This document shows, piece after piece, positions 1-13,648 of a stretch of 64,000 bases of DNA. Position 1 is the stretch's first letter. Every line of letters starts with the position of its first letter. A model generated the notes under the pieces. The model made no database searches, was not told where the DNA came from, and saw only the letters and a program-made list of their open reading frames with translations. Where the stretch lies: assembly GCA_964658305.1 (NCBI GenBank), contig OZ210885.1, positions 7,192,001 through 7,256,000 on the forward strand, given 5' to 3'. Made by a program: the position numbers and the translations under genes. Source of the DNA: Leptogorgia sarmentosa (taxonomy: Eukaryota).

Positions 1-222
1 TTTCGCTGCCATTTTGGGCGAAGTAACTACCAAGTTTTTTTACTCAAGAGATTGCGGGACGCGCCCCCCAGAATTTACACTATGAATGAATAAGTCAATG
101 ACTCATCACTGATGTGAATTTTCGCCCCTCGAATATTTCCCGCATTATATAATTAACCAAGCAATATACTGGGGTGTTGGAAAAATATTTATTAACCGAT
201 TCCACGGTTTGTTTCTACTTAC

Positions 223-519
223 ATTTTATTTTCAGCCGAACGGTCTTTTTAACATTTCCATGTTTATTTCTCGCTTGACATCCATAAATCCCATTATCAC
301 TTCCTCTTGCAGGAGACAATGTCAGAGTGGATGTAGTGATAAATACTCCGGCTGGATCTTTACTACCAACAAAATCTTCAGACATGTTTCGTAAAGGCAC
401 GCCATCTTTGAGCCAGATTATCTCAGGTGCAGGTTTTCCGGTAGCTTCACATTTTGCAGAAATATTTTTTCCTTCAGTTGCGTTCCACTCAGATGGAAAT
501 GAAACAATTTTTGGTCCCA
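223..519 (-). CDS. IgSF cell-surface/secreted protein, I-set Ig domain exon (gene continues off the left edge)
   Basis: Translation has GKNISAKCEATGKPAPEIIWLKDG...STLTL...DNGIYGCQARN (B-strand C, C-strand W, DxGxYxC). Acceptor tttttaccAG at 520-521 and donor GTAAGT at 222; phase 1 at both ends. Confidence 0.9.
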
Positions 520-1037
520 CTGGTAAAAAAAGCGTATGTTGAAAAGTAATTTTCTTAAATAAACATTTATGAAGAAAAACAAAACGATTGGTAACACCAT
601 CACATGATATGGTTATCAATAAATATCTTACAACATTTCAAAACAAGTTGTAACTTCCAATTAATTTCTAAACGATTTTCAACGTCTAAATAAGCGGCAA
701 TGCTCGTCATACTGTATCTTAAGTATCTTCTCCACTGAATTATTTTAACATCCTTCGAATTAACTGTGAACCTTTTGTCGATCTAACTGCAAGCCTACTG
801 TATGTTTTTTTAGCGTTTCAGTTAACTACAACGATATATGACATCAATACGTCAAATACGATAATTATTCAATTAGTCATTGCAACACAATCTAAAAGTA
901 ACTGATTTTTCTTCATCTGAAGTTTTAAATCCCGAATCAAAACTGCCAGTTGGATAATGAACAATAAAGATTAACATTCAATGTGAATTGTCAACACTAA
1001 TATAAGATGCTGCTTTAGTGAACTGGCAACCTCTACT

Positions 1038-1218
1038 CAGGGCCGTCGCTAGAACGTTAATTGGGGGGGGGGGGGGTGCATATTCATTTTTTGGCGTTAT
1101 GCCGACTGATTTCAAAAGAAATCAGTTGTTTATGAATTAATTTCTAAAGAAATCAGTCGGCAGAACGCCAAAATATGAATATGCACCCCTCCCAATTTTC
1201 GTTCTAGCGACGGCCCTG
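1038..1218. mobile_element. hAT-type MITE (family A), intronic
   Basis: TIR CAGGGCCGTCGCTAGAACG, palindromic body, perfect 8-bp TSD CCTCTACT; near-identical to 34164-34336. Confidence 0.9.
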
Positions 1219-1363
1219 CCTCTACTGCGAATTGTTTACTCTTTTGTGAACAAGCGGACAATAATGAATGTTTTCAAGTTTTACACCATTATTTTTAACA
1301 TTCGGAATGACCGTGTAAATCCAGTAATCCCGACAAGAAAGCGAAAAAAATCTTTTTACCTAC

Positions 1364-1735
1364 CAAGAACATTTAGTCTTATTCCGTGTTTGTGAGATGA
1401 TATAAGTGACCCATTTGTCAAATAGTGTAATTCCAAGGTATATACACCATCATCCACCATTTTTACATTTCTGACGTGCAGGATAATTTCTTTGCTGTTG
1501 CGAGGGCGTGTTGCAGTCCATGATCTACCTTTATAGGGATCATACGTGGCAAAAGCAAACTCGGACGTAGACACAGCTACATTAACATCCACAGTCAGTG
1601 AGGCGGATTTAAATTTGATACTAGCGGAAATAAAGTTTGTTTCTGCAGCTGTCGTAGTGAACTGCCATTTTAATTGAGCACTATATCCTAAGAGTACATC
1701 CACATCTGTATTTGAACTGTTTATTGTCAGACTTG
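1364..1735 (-). CDS. IgSF protein, N-terminal V-type-like Ig domain exon
   Basis: SLTINSSNTDVDVLLGYSAQLKWQF...IILHVRNVKMVDDGVYTLEL...IRLNVL. Acceptor ttttctcccatttAG and donor GTAGGT; phase 1-1, in frame with both neighbouring exons. Lacks the canonical cysteines. Confidence 0.8.
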
Positions 1736-1995
1736 CTAAATGGGAGAAAATAAAATGTGATTAGTCAGGAATAAAGATGATTATTATTTAATTCAAATAA
1801 TTCAAGAGTTTTGATTGGTTAAGAGCAGTGCAATAAATCCTCATATACGACATTATGACGTAATTATATCGTATATTGAAAATGATATGACATTATGACG
1901 TCGACCAATTTATGCTGCTTATGCCAAAAGCTGAAAAAAGGTTCTTGTGTACAATGCGTTTACCCTAAGCCTGATAAAGATACAAATAAATATTA

Positions 1996-2147
1996 AAACA
2001 ATTATTGAATTCGGTTCTCGTAGGATATGCTGAATTATTAAGGCCTCGGTTTGTGATATTTGCCTCAGCCTTCGGCTTCGACAAATAACACAAACCTCGG
2101 CCTTAATAATTCCTCATATCCTACTCAACCTCATTCAATAATTGTTT
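1996..2147. repeat. Imperfect palindromic repeat with central mini-hairpin
   Basis: AAACAATTATTGAAT...ATTCAATAATTGTTT arms; a partial related copy lies near 61930-62015. Confidence 0.7.
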
Positions 2148-3449
2148 ATTATACATGCCACAAAATCACCTTAAATATCCGTTTTGCCGGTGGTAGATGG
2201 GTGTGCCTGTTTTATAGAAGGCACCTGCTATTTAAGGAATAGAAAACATTTTCCATGTTTACATCGAGTTATATAAACACGAGTGCAAGTTTGGGAGAAC
2301 GAGAAATGTGTGGAATTTCCACACAATACGCAATAGCGAGAAGCAGCGGGAAATAGCTGTGTTTACAAAATCTCACATTAACACGGCTGTTAGCCAATCA
2401 CGCGCGCGCAATCTTTTTCACTTACTTCCGGTTATTTTATAATAAGACATATCACATAATAAAGTAGTATTATTCGCATTTTACTCTAGAAACCCGGGGC
2501 CTAGCTACCTAACGCTCGGTACCTAGCTAAAAATGTAAAAAACAGGTTGATAGGAGAAGCTTTCAAGTTTGAAATATAGTCGAAATAAATAATTAAAAAC
2601 AAAATTAATTGCTAAACTTTCTTCTTCTAGCGGTTCCGCAAACAATGTTATGACGTTTCAAATATTCGTTTCAGATTTTTTGTGGCTATGTAGAAGCTCA
2701 ACGCGATTATATTTTCGCGTTACACACACTAATTCATTTTTAGCACAATTAATGATGTAATGTTTTTCAAGGAAATAATTATGACGTACACAATGTCTGT
2801 ATAAAATTATGATCATAATATAATACGTACGTCACGTACGTCACATGCGTACGTACGTGTGAGCCATATATGGGAGACAGGTTGCATGTTTTCGTTTATA
2901 TGTTATATATTTATCATTCATTTACTGATACCGAGGGAAACTGTGAGTTTTGTGTCCCTGAGACGCCGTTGTTAAACGAGACAAAGCCGGGTTTAACAAC
3001 AGTGTCGAGCGGACACGAAACTTGCTGTTTCCAGAGGTCTCAGTAAATAAATGTTTTGTTGAACGAGACAAAGCCGTCTAAGTGTCAAAGTTGAATTTTC
3101 AAACCATATCACGGTTCGACTAGAAAACCGAACAGACATGTTTTTCTTTCAAACTTGTCAATTCCCGCGCATGCGCACACCAATCTCCGGCAGCGTGTTA
3201 GTATCGTCGTTTCACTGAAAGTGTAGTGCAATGGTATTGATTAATTCGCTTGTCCTGGAAGTGTTGATCAAATAATTTTTATCAATACTTCTCGAGGCGG
3301 GTAACGTCCTCTTTCCCGATCGTCGGTTCAGTAAAATTGGTAGCTAATTTCACCTGGTTGTTTTGAAGAGAATACCATACATTCGGGGGTTTGACAACTT
3401 TTTATCGTGTAAGCAGAATTTGCAAGCAAGCACGCTATTTTACACTTAC

Positions 3450-3507
3450 CATAAAGCGTACTTGGTACAGCAATCAATGTAAAGAGGATTACACGAAATT
3501 TCAACAT
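3450..3507 (-). CDS. IgSF protein, signal-peptide exon
   Basis: MLKFRVILFTLIAVPSTLY (basic N-region, hydrophobic core), then a phase-1 GTAAGT donor. An acceptor 8 nt upstream of the ATG implies a further non-coding exon. Confidence 0.75.
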
Positions 3508-5985
3508 CTCGTTGCCTGCATGCAAAGGAAAAGTGATGAAATGTCAATTTCAAACCATTGAGGAGGATGGGGGGGGGGGAGGTGTGGCTGGGGGTTGTAG
3601 CCCTCCCCCCACTACTTTTGTAATAATTTGAAATAACTTTATATGGCTAACAATAACATTGTTAATATATCTATAGGCTTTGATATCAGGTTCAGGCCTA
3701 GCAGGATATAACGTGAGTAGGCCATAGAAATTTAACAATTTTCCAGAGGCGTTAGAAACGTGTGGGCTGTTGTGGCCATTTAGTGCTGGTAGTTTATCAT
3801 TGATATATATTGCAGGAATTGCATCCTAATTCCAAAGCAAAAGTATTTCAAAGGATGGAATATTTATTCATTGAGGCGTAGGCTATATATATGAGATTGC
3901 GAAAGTGCCTTTTCCGCCGATCCAACGAGTGTTTCAAGAGATTATGGCAATATTTATTAACTAGACGCTATATACATATAAAAATATCAGAGAAACAGGA
4001 CAATATATAGGCCTGGAGAACCTCTAACATGCACAATTCACAAGCTACCTATTATATGACTGGTTATTGTAGCAATTAACTGATTATTACTTATTTAAAA
4101 CATGATTTGATTGGCTAGGAGCCAACTGTGAAATTGTCATATAAATTGTCATATATGTTTACTCCAAAGTAAGAAATAAAGAACGGGCCACATTTGGGAC
4201 AACCAAATGTGCATATACTGAAATTCATTGAGAGATTTCTTGAGTGGATGCACAGAATATTTTTCATTTTATAGACGGAAAGCTGGGGTTATAATTGAAA
4301 TACAATTGAAACCGCATGTTCACGTGACGTAAGTCAAGTAGTGAGTCTATACTGTACTACATACAATACCATATTCGATCCATACTGCCCATTGCATGGC
4401 GATTCCTATTTATCCAAGTTATAGCAAAAGAATAGATTTCCAAGTGTCCAAAATGCATTGCATTTTAGTTAATATGTTTTGATAAAATGTGACAGATGAT
4501 AGAATTTCAGGGTTCAAAGAGCTTATCGAATCCACGAATCTCACGGAATCCATCATATCACGGAATAAAAAGCCGAAAATTCTGATGCAAGATATGTAAC
4601 AAAAGCATGTTTCGTACCAACCTTTAGGCCAGGATTCGTCTCTTCGATATAACTGCCACAAACCTTGAAACAGTAGGATTGAATGAATACCTGGAGCTCT
4701 GAACGGCTACTTTTATGTCAACCCAAATTATGCATATTTGTTGCGAATCAGCTAAAGCTCTTTGTCAAAGCATTAGCTTGACACGATGAATTGCATAAAT
4801 TAGCTACTTCCGTCTTCATGGCAATTACTGTGCATATCCGAGAACGTACTTACATCAAAGAACAATATTTTTTTGTCTAACACACATACTAAAACACAAG
4901 TAGAAGCTAACATTTCATTGTCGTTGAACGAGTTAAAGAACAATATATTCTTATAAAATAACCGGAAGTAGTGAAAAAGATTACGCGCGCGTGATTGGCT
5001 TCCCAAACTTACACTCGCGTAACTCGTTATAACTCGATGTAAAACATGGAAAATGTTTTCTGTTCCGTAATTGTAACTCCCAAAGTCGCCATATGAACCG
5101 CCCTACCAGCGGTTGGCGAATTTGTCTGTGAAATTATTACTGCCTCATTTCAATATCACTTGTGTTTTGGTGCAATAACATCACAATAACAGGAACATAA
5201 CAGATATCCAATTAGGGGAAACTGGTTGTTTGCAATCAAAAGAGCTTTTTTGTTGCAAGTTGCAAGTTCAAGATATTCTTCTTTGTCAGTTTTTACATTG
5301 ATACAAATATTTAATAATATGGTTATATTAAGCATTTGTGAAGAAGCATTCGACAAGAGCTACTCTTAGCTTCTTCAAAGTTTCTTCAAGTAATTTTCAA
5401 ATTGTATAAATTTTTCAAGTTTGGTCGATTGTTTTGCTGCAATCATGGTTTCCCTGTTTCGTGCCAAATTTACAAACTCTCACAATGAAAGAGCGGGGGT
5501 GCGCCCGCTGTTAAGCACCCTACTCAATAGTTTCTTGTTGTTAAACATCTCAAAATAGTATATTCATCACATAAATTATGAAGCAGGGACACTCCTGTTA
5601 TTTTTTCGCATCTGTATCTATATTGGGGTATTAATAACAAGGTGATATAATAGTAACTATCATCACCACAATATATGATACAATCAACATTAGTTTAACA
5701 GAAGTCGGAACTCTTGAGATTTGTGCTCACAGGTATATGTCACATTAAGAAACTATTAGGCATTGCTATTACCCCAATTAATAAGTCAGTCAGTCAGTCA
5801 AGGTCATTTTCTGGCCAGTTAGAACACTGAAAAATAAGAATAAATAAATCAGGAAACACGCACGGCTAAAACGACATATTGATAGTCTTTTTTCTTTTTT
5901 CCAATTTTACTTCCTGTAATACAGCTGAAGCCATAATTATGGCAATATAGTGTATAATGAACATGTTAATGAAGCGATTATGTAA

Positions 5986-6209
5986 AGCCCGCCGCACACG
6001 AGAGCTCTTAGCTGAGCTAACAGCCACGCGAGGTCGTAGCTTAGCTGTGTAAACAATATCAAACACGATAGATATTTTCCTCACGGCCTCGCGTGGCGAA
6101 TTCCTCAGCAAAAGCCCCCCCGCACACGAGGGCTTCCAGCTAAGCCTATGCTAAGCTACGACCTCGCGTGACAGTTAGCTCAGCTAAGAGCCCTCGTGTG
6201 CGGCGTGCT
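5986..6209. mobile_element. PIF/Harbinger-like MITE
   Basis: About 60-bp TIRs (AGCCCGCCGCACACGAG...CTCGTGTGCGGCGTGCT) flanked by TAA/TTA. Confidence 0.7.
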
Positions 6210-6319
6210 TTAGCCTTCCCAATGATAATTTAACTATGTGATGTTGTCATAAATGTTTGGCAAGCAAACTCATGCCTCTCATGGTTTAGTCTCACTCATC
6301 CCTCTAGGTTTTGTATAGC

Positions 6320-6509
6320 CAGGGCCGTGGCTAGAACGTTTATTGAGGGAATGAGAGGGGGGGGGGGGTGTATATTATTGCGTTCAAGTTTTGCCGAACG
6401 CATTTTTGAAATAAGTTGTATTTGAATTAATTATTTCGAAAGAAATCCGTTGTGCAGAACACGAATACATCAATACCCCCTCCCCATTATCGCTGTAGCT
6501 ATGGCCCTG
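6320..6509. mobile_element. hAT-type MITE (family A, diverged)
   Basis: CAGGGCC...GGCCCTG ends; TSD TGTATAGC/TGTATAAC; body similar to 1038-1218. Confidence 0.8.
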
Positions 6510-6669
6510 TGTATAACATCGCTATTTTTGGAGAACACTCCTAAAACCACTTCATTGAAAAGAGGAACTGTAGGATCGGAAATCCTTTTACGTCAAACAT
6601 GATGAAAACACTAAACATGCAACAAAGATCGTTGATTGTGTCTACTTCTGGAACAAACCAGGCGTCGCA

Positions 6670-7085
6670 AGAAATTACTGTTTTCCCTAATGGCCTCTGT
6701 TCTTGCCCACGAAAATTTACAAAACTTTTTAAACCAGTTTTAGCTACCTTGCGTTTGAAACGTCACATTATTATCATTTACATTGATGACTTATTCTTGG
6801 TTGGTCATTCATATGAACAGTGTGTACATACTGTCATTGAGACATTAATATACTCCTAGAAAAATTGGGGTTTGTCATTCACCCTTTGAAATTAGCGTTT
6901 ATTCCTCGTCAAGAAATAACCTTCCTTGGTTTTTTGCAAAACTCCCATGAAATGACTATCCGCCTTAGTGTTCATTCTTCGTCAAGAAATAACCTTCCTT
7001 GGTTTTTTGCTAAACTCTCATGAAATGACTATCCGCCTTACTTACTGAGGAAAAGATAGCAAAATTAACTGCTCTTATTACAAAC
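6670..7085 (+). pseudogene. DIRS-type retrotransposon reverse transcriptase fragment
   Basis: FPNGLCSCPRKFTKLFKPVLATLR...IIIYIDDLF, then after a frameshift LEKLGFVIHP...PRQEITFLGF; internal ~72-bp tandem duplication at 6894-7039. Confidence 0.8.
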
Positions 7086-7972
7086 CTTCTGTCATTTGCA
7101 AATAGCGTTAAAATTACAGATTTACGGTACACAAAAAGTACAAATTAAGTAGATATGTTCAGAGTCGCGAAGCAGTAGTTATACCCCATCACAAAAAAGG
7201 TGATAATGAATATGTTTAAGGTTGTTGATGATTGATGTTACGATGTACTCAGGTGCAGAATGTTATTGTGATGTTACTCTGAGTATATTTGATATTATTA
7301 TGCTTCAGGCTGCCCGGTGTGGAAATATACTCAGAGTAACATAACAATAACATGTCTAAGGTTGGTTGGCAGTAAAATAAGCAGCAACGAATTTAGAAAG
7401 GTGTCACAGTTATATTAGTACGTATTTGCACAACCTATATTTAAGGAATTATTCTTTGTTGCAAAAACTAAAAGCTCACTATATACCCCTAAGAATTTAG
7501 GCTGCATTTTTCTGCACTCTACAACTTCCAATTACAAGAGCACATGGTCATAGGCGTACGGGACTGGTAAATTCTTTTGGGGGGCGGCAGCCATTTCGCA
7601 CAAAAAATTGCACATTGCCCAAAAAATTATGATGTATTTGAACAACTAAATACAAATTATACTGTTCCATAATAATTATATAATTATTGCGTTCTTTTGC
7701 GATCAACGTATGTCGCGTAATTTAAAATGTAAACTTAAAAAAAAGTGACTGTTTCTTCGCTTTCTGTTGCCAAATATGTCAATAATGCCATCAATCTCAT
7801 CATTCATCAGGGATAGCGTTTGCATATGCCCTCTGTACAGGCTCGTATAACTTTTAGTGGTATTTTCTCGATCCTTCTGATGGATGTGAAAGAGTGGATC
7901 ACAAACGATTGTTCCGAGTGCGTGTTTTCTAACCTGAACATCCGTGATTCACATTATATTAAGGACTGATTC

Positions 7973-8921
7973 CAGCCTCGTACCCAGGCCCTTCTTAGCT
8001 TAGAGAGATTGGCAAGAATCCAGATAAATATATAGAGATCGGGCGCGAGCGCGCAAGGGTTCATGGGCAGGCGCGACGAAGAAAGCGCCTGGCAGGTCGG
8101 TACTAGATCATGGGTGAGATATGCACATATCCGCGACTGCTGTACATTCACGTCAGCGGTGATAGAAATTATTGGCGTATTCACAAAATAAACCAGTCCC
8201 AAACCATAAATCTGACCCTAACCTTTGGTTATGGTTTGGGACTGGTGGTTAGGGTCAGATTTATGGTTTGGGACTGGTTTATTTTGTTTTATTTTGTGAA
8301 TACGCCAATAGAAATTTCTATCACCGCTGACGTGAATGTACAGCAGTCGCGGATATGTGCATATCTCACCCATGATCTAGTGCCGACCCGCCTTGGCAGA
8401 ATATGCAGAAAACATGGCGGACGACTTGTCCATATTCATAAATGCAAATGAGGAAATTGCTGTTCTTGATGAAATTGAAAGGCCAGTCCATCGAGCGGTA
8501 CATTATTTCGAACGGTGTAATTTCTTCTTCCGCACTCGACGATGCTATTGAAGCGAAATTTTTAAACGAATTGAAGCAATGTAGTGTGTATGCGAAGCGG
8601 AGATTTGTCAGAATCGTCATAAAATCAAAATGACAGTATGAAACTACCTTCGAAAGATAATTCCTGAAGCGATCTTTCCATATCATCCATATTTAAGTGC
8701 AACCGGTGCGAGATTTTTCAAAAATTATCACATTTTGAAGCTTTTCAAACGCAGACCATTTTTTGCAAAAGTGGGACACGGAAATTTGCATATTCTGTCA
8801 GGCGCTTCACAAGTCCGTCGCGCCTGCCCATGAACCCTTGCGCGCTCGCGGCCGATCTCTATATATTTATCTGGATTCTTGCCAATCTCTCTTTGCGAAG
8901 AAGCGCCTGGGTACGAGGCTG
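7973..8921. mobile_element. Non-autonomous DNA transposon with long TIRs, carrying a nested foldback
   Basis: CAGCCTCGTACCCAGGC...GCCTGGGTACGAGGCTG with >110-bp inverted arms; possible degenerate 9-bp TSD GACTGATTC/GCTTGATTC. Confidence 0.85.
8095..8388. mobile_element. Foldback MITE (Mutator-like) nested in the left TIR of the host element
   Basis: Near-perfect ~130-bp arms GGTCGGTACTAGATCATGG...CCATGATCTAGTGCCGACC; TSD CGCCTGGCA/CGCCT(T)GGCA. Confidence 0.85.
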
Positions 8922-10458
8922 GCTTGATTCCACATGCGGCGAAATCTTTCGCGAGAAATTGTGTCCGCGAAATGCGGATGGTTGCACATGAACGATTCTA
9001 TTGAATTCTCCCACATTTTTCGCTTTCGCAGTGAGTAGAAGTCACTTCTACTCACTGGCCAAGCGAAATTTTTTCTCGAGAAATCTTATTTCCCCTTTTG
9101 ACACATGCGTACAATTCTTTCGCTCGAAAATTTTCGCATTATGCCAAGAAATATCGCCCGTGGCATTAGGCATTCAATAACATAAATAAGCCAAGCTACA
9201 AACCCTTGCCCAAATTTTCCTCGTGTGCCCTATCGATTTACTTTGGGCGTATGGCAGAAGGTAGCATTATCAGATTTAATCTACAGCAATATGGTCGTTC
9301 GTGTGTGATATATGATATTAATACTTTATATATTTGTTCAGTCGATGACATACGCTACTGATGCGAGAGTTGGTGGCATGGTATCGTGTCTATACACTAG
9401 GGTATACAGGCGTAATTTGTAGAGACCTTTTGACCACTAGGCTAAATGTAACCTAACCCCCCCCCCCTCATTCAAACAGGTTTAGCGGCGCCCCTGACGT
9501 TATTTCGTTTTCATAGACATCCTGGTTGAACAGATGTGGGATAAGTAGATTTATATTTTCCACATCTTGAATTTATCCATTGATAAAAAAAATGTATTTC
9601 GTAAATGTTCCTCCGGGAAAGAAGTTGTACAATGACAGTTTCAAGCAAAATAAAGACAAAATATCGGCAACAGTACTATTAATATCGGCAACAGAACATG
9701 ATAAATTTGACATCGCCTTTCATCAATTCTTAAACCTTCAATATTCTGATTTCTTAATCTAAGTTCACATTGTAGTTTTAACGCTTCGTTTTTGCAGATT
9801 TTGAGCAATGGAATTTTTTAGCAAGTATTACAAAATATCAAATGTAAAGAGCGTCAGATGCGATGATCGTAGAAATAATATCAATTTTATTTCCAATGTC
9901 TAATATGCTTATAACCAAGGTTTACATTGATCAATTTTTGGTGTAAAAATACTCAAAAAACAGATCAAATAATATACTTCTAAACCTTCCAATCAATGAT
10001 AAATGTTACAAGACTTTGAATTGAGGACCCAGGGGGGATTTGATCATTTCAGGCCGCATGGTTACGAATTCTGGTGTTGAGCGAATAGTAAGACATAATA
10101 ATATTCAGTTCAGAATTGCTCGGAAAATTCCAGTATATGAAGCCACAATCGCGCTCCATGGCTTGTGCTTACCTACGTATATCTGTAGGCGGTAACTAAA
10201 GAAATTGCGGGGTAAAAAACAGACTCACTGCAGTGGCGTAAGTTTGGACAAGGCTGCCCGTGGTCCTTCCAAGATGGGATGCCCCCAAACTCTGACAATA
10301 TAAACATTTCCCTAGTGTTTTAGAAGCCAATATTAATGGTAAATTGGGTTTCTTAATGGAAATATAGATACATGTATATAGAAAAATACCAAAAAGCCCA
10401 CAACTATAAAATAATATGTACATAAAATAAATAACATGACACAACTTTGAATGTACCA

Positions 10459-13400
10459 TTAAAACTTAAATTTCTCGCATCTGGCCTTTCTTTCAGCGAA
10501 CGTGTCGATCATTTTGGCAACGGAAAGCTTTCTTGCCTCCTCTGCCTCTATTGAGATCATGGCAAGCGCATCTAATCGGTCTTGTGCGATAGATGACCTA
10601 AGATAATTCTTAATTATTTTCAACTTACTGAACGACCTCTCTGCTGTAGCAACTGTTACAGGTAGAGTTGCTGAAAACAAAACAATTGCTGATATTAACT
10701 TAGAATATGATGTGCTCAACTCATCTTTATGAAGGTGTTTGAAAATGTCGACTGCACTCTTAAATTTTTTAAAATTATCAGTCATCCCGAGCAATTCTTC
10801 CTTGAAACAGATTCTATATGACAAGACTTCTTGAGTCAAATCATTAGCATAGTCTTCTGGGGTTTCGAACTCGGAACACAAGTCAAACTTGTACGTGGAA
10901 ACCAGATCATTGGCAGCACAACGGACTTCATTAGCTGTCATCTTCAATATGCTCTTTGGTGCCAAAAAATTGAATGTTTTAGCAACAAAGGCCTGACCCT
11001 TGAACCGTTCTTCTAATTGCGATGTAACCGTGTCAATAACTTTAAAGAATACTTCCACACAGAATTTCTTCTCCGGGTCAGTAATAGGTTCATCTCTAGC
11101 TTCTTCGTCAAAAAAGCTACGAACTCTTCTTGTTCTCTTTTCAATAAAAGAGGATACAGGAATGCCGACTTTAAGAGCAAAAACTGTAGATTCCCTTAGA
11201 ATTTCATTCCATTGGCCTCTCATCTCTTTAACACTATTCAACGCTCTCCCCAATTCACTGGTAGATTTTTCTAGATCCATATCCACTGCTTGAAGATCTT
11301 TCGATGCTAGATTCATTGAAGAAAGGATTCTTTCCCAAGTGTTCAGCAAAATAACGAATTCCATAGTGCTTATATGTTTGAGTAGATTTCGGGCTTCTTG
11401 CTTTTCTTTATTTTCAGAATCTTTGATGTATCCTTTCAGCAGCCGAATGATATCACCCAACCTGTTCTTAGTTGCCCTGATTGTATCAATTCGCGAAGAC
11501 CAGCGAGTTGCACAAAGTCTTTTCAGAGTTAAATTTGTATCTTTTCCTGCAGTGGTTATGCAGCCCAGCTTCTTGAGATCAGCTGATCGGTTGATGCTTC
11601 TATTGAAGAAGTTGTATATTTCTCCCAAAACACCAAAGAAAGATATGCTCTGAACATTTGATTCAGCTGCATCATTTATGACCAAATTAAGGTTGTGACT
11701 AGCGCAATGAACATATGGTGCTGGGGACTTAACACCATTCTCTTTCAAATGGTCTGAGATGATAACATTGACACCTCCTTTGTCACCTGACATGACAGTT
11801 GCTCCATCATATCCTTGACCCCTAATTTTCAAAGGATTCAATCCAACAGAAACTAGATAGGCAATAACCGTTTTTGACAACGCTTTAGCTGTGCCACCAT
11901 CAGAAGCTACAATGAAACCGATAAATGTTTCTGTAATGGAGACAGTTGACGAATCAACCCATCTTACAATAATAGAAATCTGGTCTACTCGACAAATATC
12001 GCTTGTGGTATCAAAGATTAAAGAAAAGCAAGGAGCATCTTTAATTTTATTGATGATATTTCTTCTTGTTGCATCTCCAAGCATCTTGATAATTTCATTC
12101 TGAATTGATGGAGATAAATATTTGGTTGCTCCCGCAGGCTTTTCTACGAGTTCTTTTAGAAAAGAATCGCCAAGGTCAATCTGCATTTTAATAAGTCCCA
12201 AGAAGTTGCCCCCTTCACATTGACCATTCCCTACCATTTCACGGTGCCCACGATATGGCAAGCAAAGAGTTGCCAGAGTTAATATTATAGTGATTAGTCT
12301 GCGCAAAACTTCTCTCCAAAACTTGGTTGCTTTTTTCATTCCATCAGCATTCAGCATCCTTATATCCTTGTCTTCTCTACACCTATAAGAAAGAAACAAA
12401 CAAAAAATATATTACATATAATGCATATCATTACAGAACAATGAATGGACAGATGAGGCAAATGCTAATATGCAGTTCTGCAAAATCAAAATGACAAAAT
12501 ATGTAAATGATAAACTAACTACCTTGATAGTGCTTTGGATGCTTCTTTGTGAAAGTCACTCTCCTCGTGCCTTCTAACTTGCTGCTGAAAGTGTTTCGTA
12601 TTTGGAATAAAACCATCAATCCAGGGAGAGTGAATGTTCTTGGATGTTTTAAGACCAAACAACCAACAGTGATGGCAATATGCTCTGCCCTGAATTTTTG
12701 AGAAGGCCACCCAATCTCTCTTAACTTTGAAAAGCTTCATCTCTCTAAACAAGAAAGTAGATAATTTGTGTAATTAGTGAACTTTTAAAGGAAACAGCCA
12801 TTATGTTTGTGTTAGGCTAGAACATATACCTGTGATAATACAAGTCAGTGTAAATTTTATTTCCCTCTGATGTCATAATTGTTCCTTTAGGCTGACAACT
12901 TCCGTGTTTGGCTAAAATTGATATCAGATCAGCAGTCAGTTCCTCCCCGAAATGACCTCTATCCGAGGGAAATTCAGAACCAAGGTCAAAATCTTTAACA
13001 CCAGAAACTATTCTGTCTGAAAACACAAAAGTAATTTAAACTACTATTAAAGAAACTAAATGTAACTTTTAGTAGGTTTGGGTTAATTTACATACTAAAA
13101 TACTGAAATATGTTCCCACCTTTATTTTCAATAGACGAGTCCACCAAATTGATATTGTCACCTGACTGTTGTTGTGCTCTTGTATCATCACTCTCAATAG
13201 AGGAGTCCACCAAATTGATGTTTTCACCTGATTGTTGTTGTGTTCTTATACTATCATTCTCAATAGAATAGTCTACCAAATTGATATTGTCACCAGACTG
13301 ATGTTGTGCTCTTGTATCATCATTCTCAATAGAGGAGTCCACCAAATTGATGTTTTCACCTGACTGTTGTTGTGCTCTTGTACCATCATTCTCAGTAGAA

Positions 13401-13648
13401 GAGTCTACCAAATTGATATTGTCACAAGACTGTTGTTGTGCTCTTGTATCATTATTCTCAATGGAAGAGTCTACCAAATTGATATTGTCACCAGACTGAT
13501 GTTGTGATGACAGTGGTTGAGCAAACATTGACATCTTGGGAATTTTCTTTAACAATGCAGCCTGCTTTTCTAACTTCGCCTTTCTTTTATTTCTGTTTGC
13601 AGCCCCAGAAGGCTGCCACCCACCCTTCACACTTCCAGATGAAGGCAT
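10459..13648 (-). CDS. hAT transposase (ZMYM1-like type: TTF-like zinc finger, DDE core, hAT dimerisation domain), 4 coding exons, 953 aa
   Basis: Exons 13648-13120, 13016-12830, 12744-12523, 12382-10459; all GT-AG, phases 1/2/2, total 2862 nt. Motifs AYCHHCWLF...RHEESDFH, FSLIFDTTSD, GQGYDGA, VHCASH, TRWSS, TAERSFSKLK. Confidence 0.92.
13124..13504 (-). repeat. 66-bp coding tandem repeat, ~5.8 copies (22-aa unit QQQSGDNINLVDSSIENDDTRA)
   Basis: Visible in DNA (period 66) and in the 186-aa ORF translation. Confidence 0.95.

Noticed and set aside
7954..8451. Opposite-strand ORFs sharing the same peptide
   Set aside because: Artefact of the palindromic foldback element.
13124..13504. CRISPR-like array
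   Set aside because: Contiguous 66-bp coding repeats with no unique spacers, in eukaryotic DNA with no cas genes.
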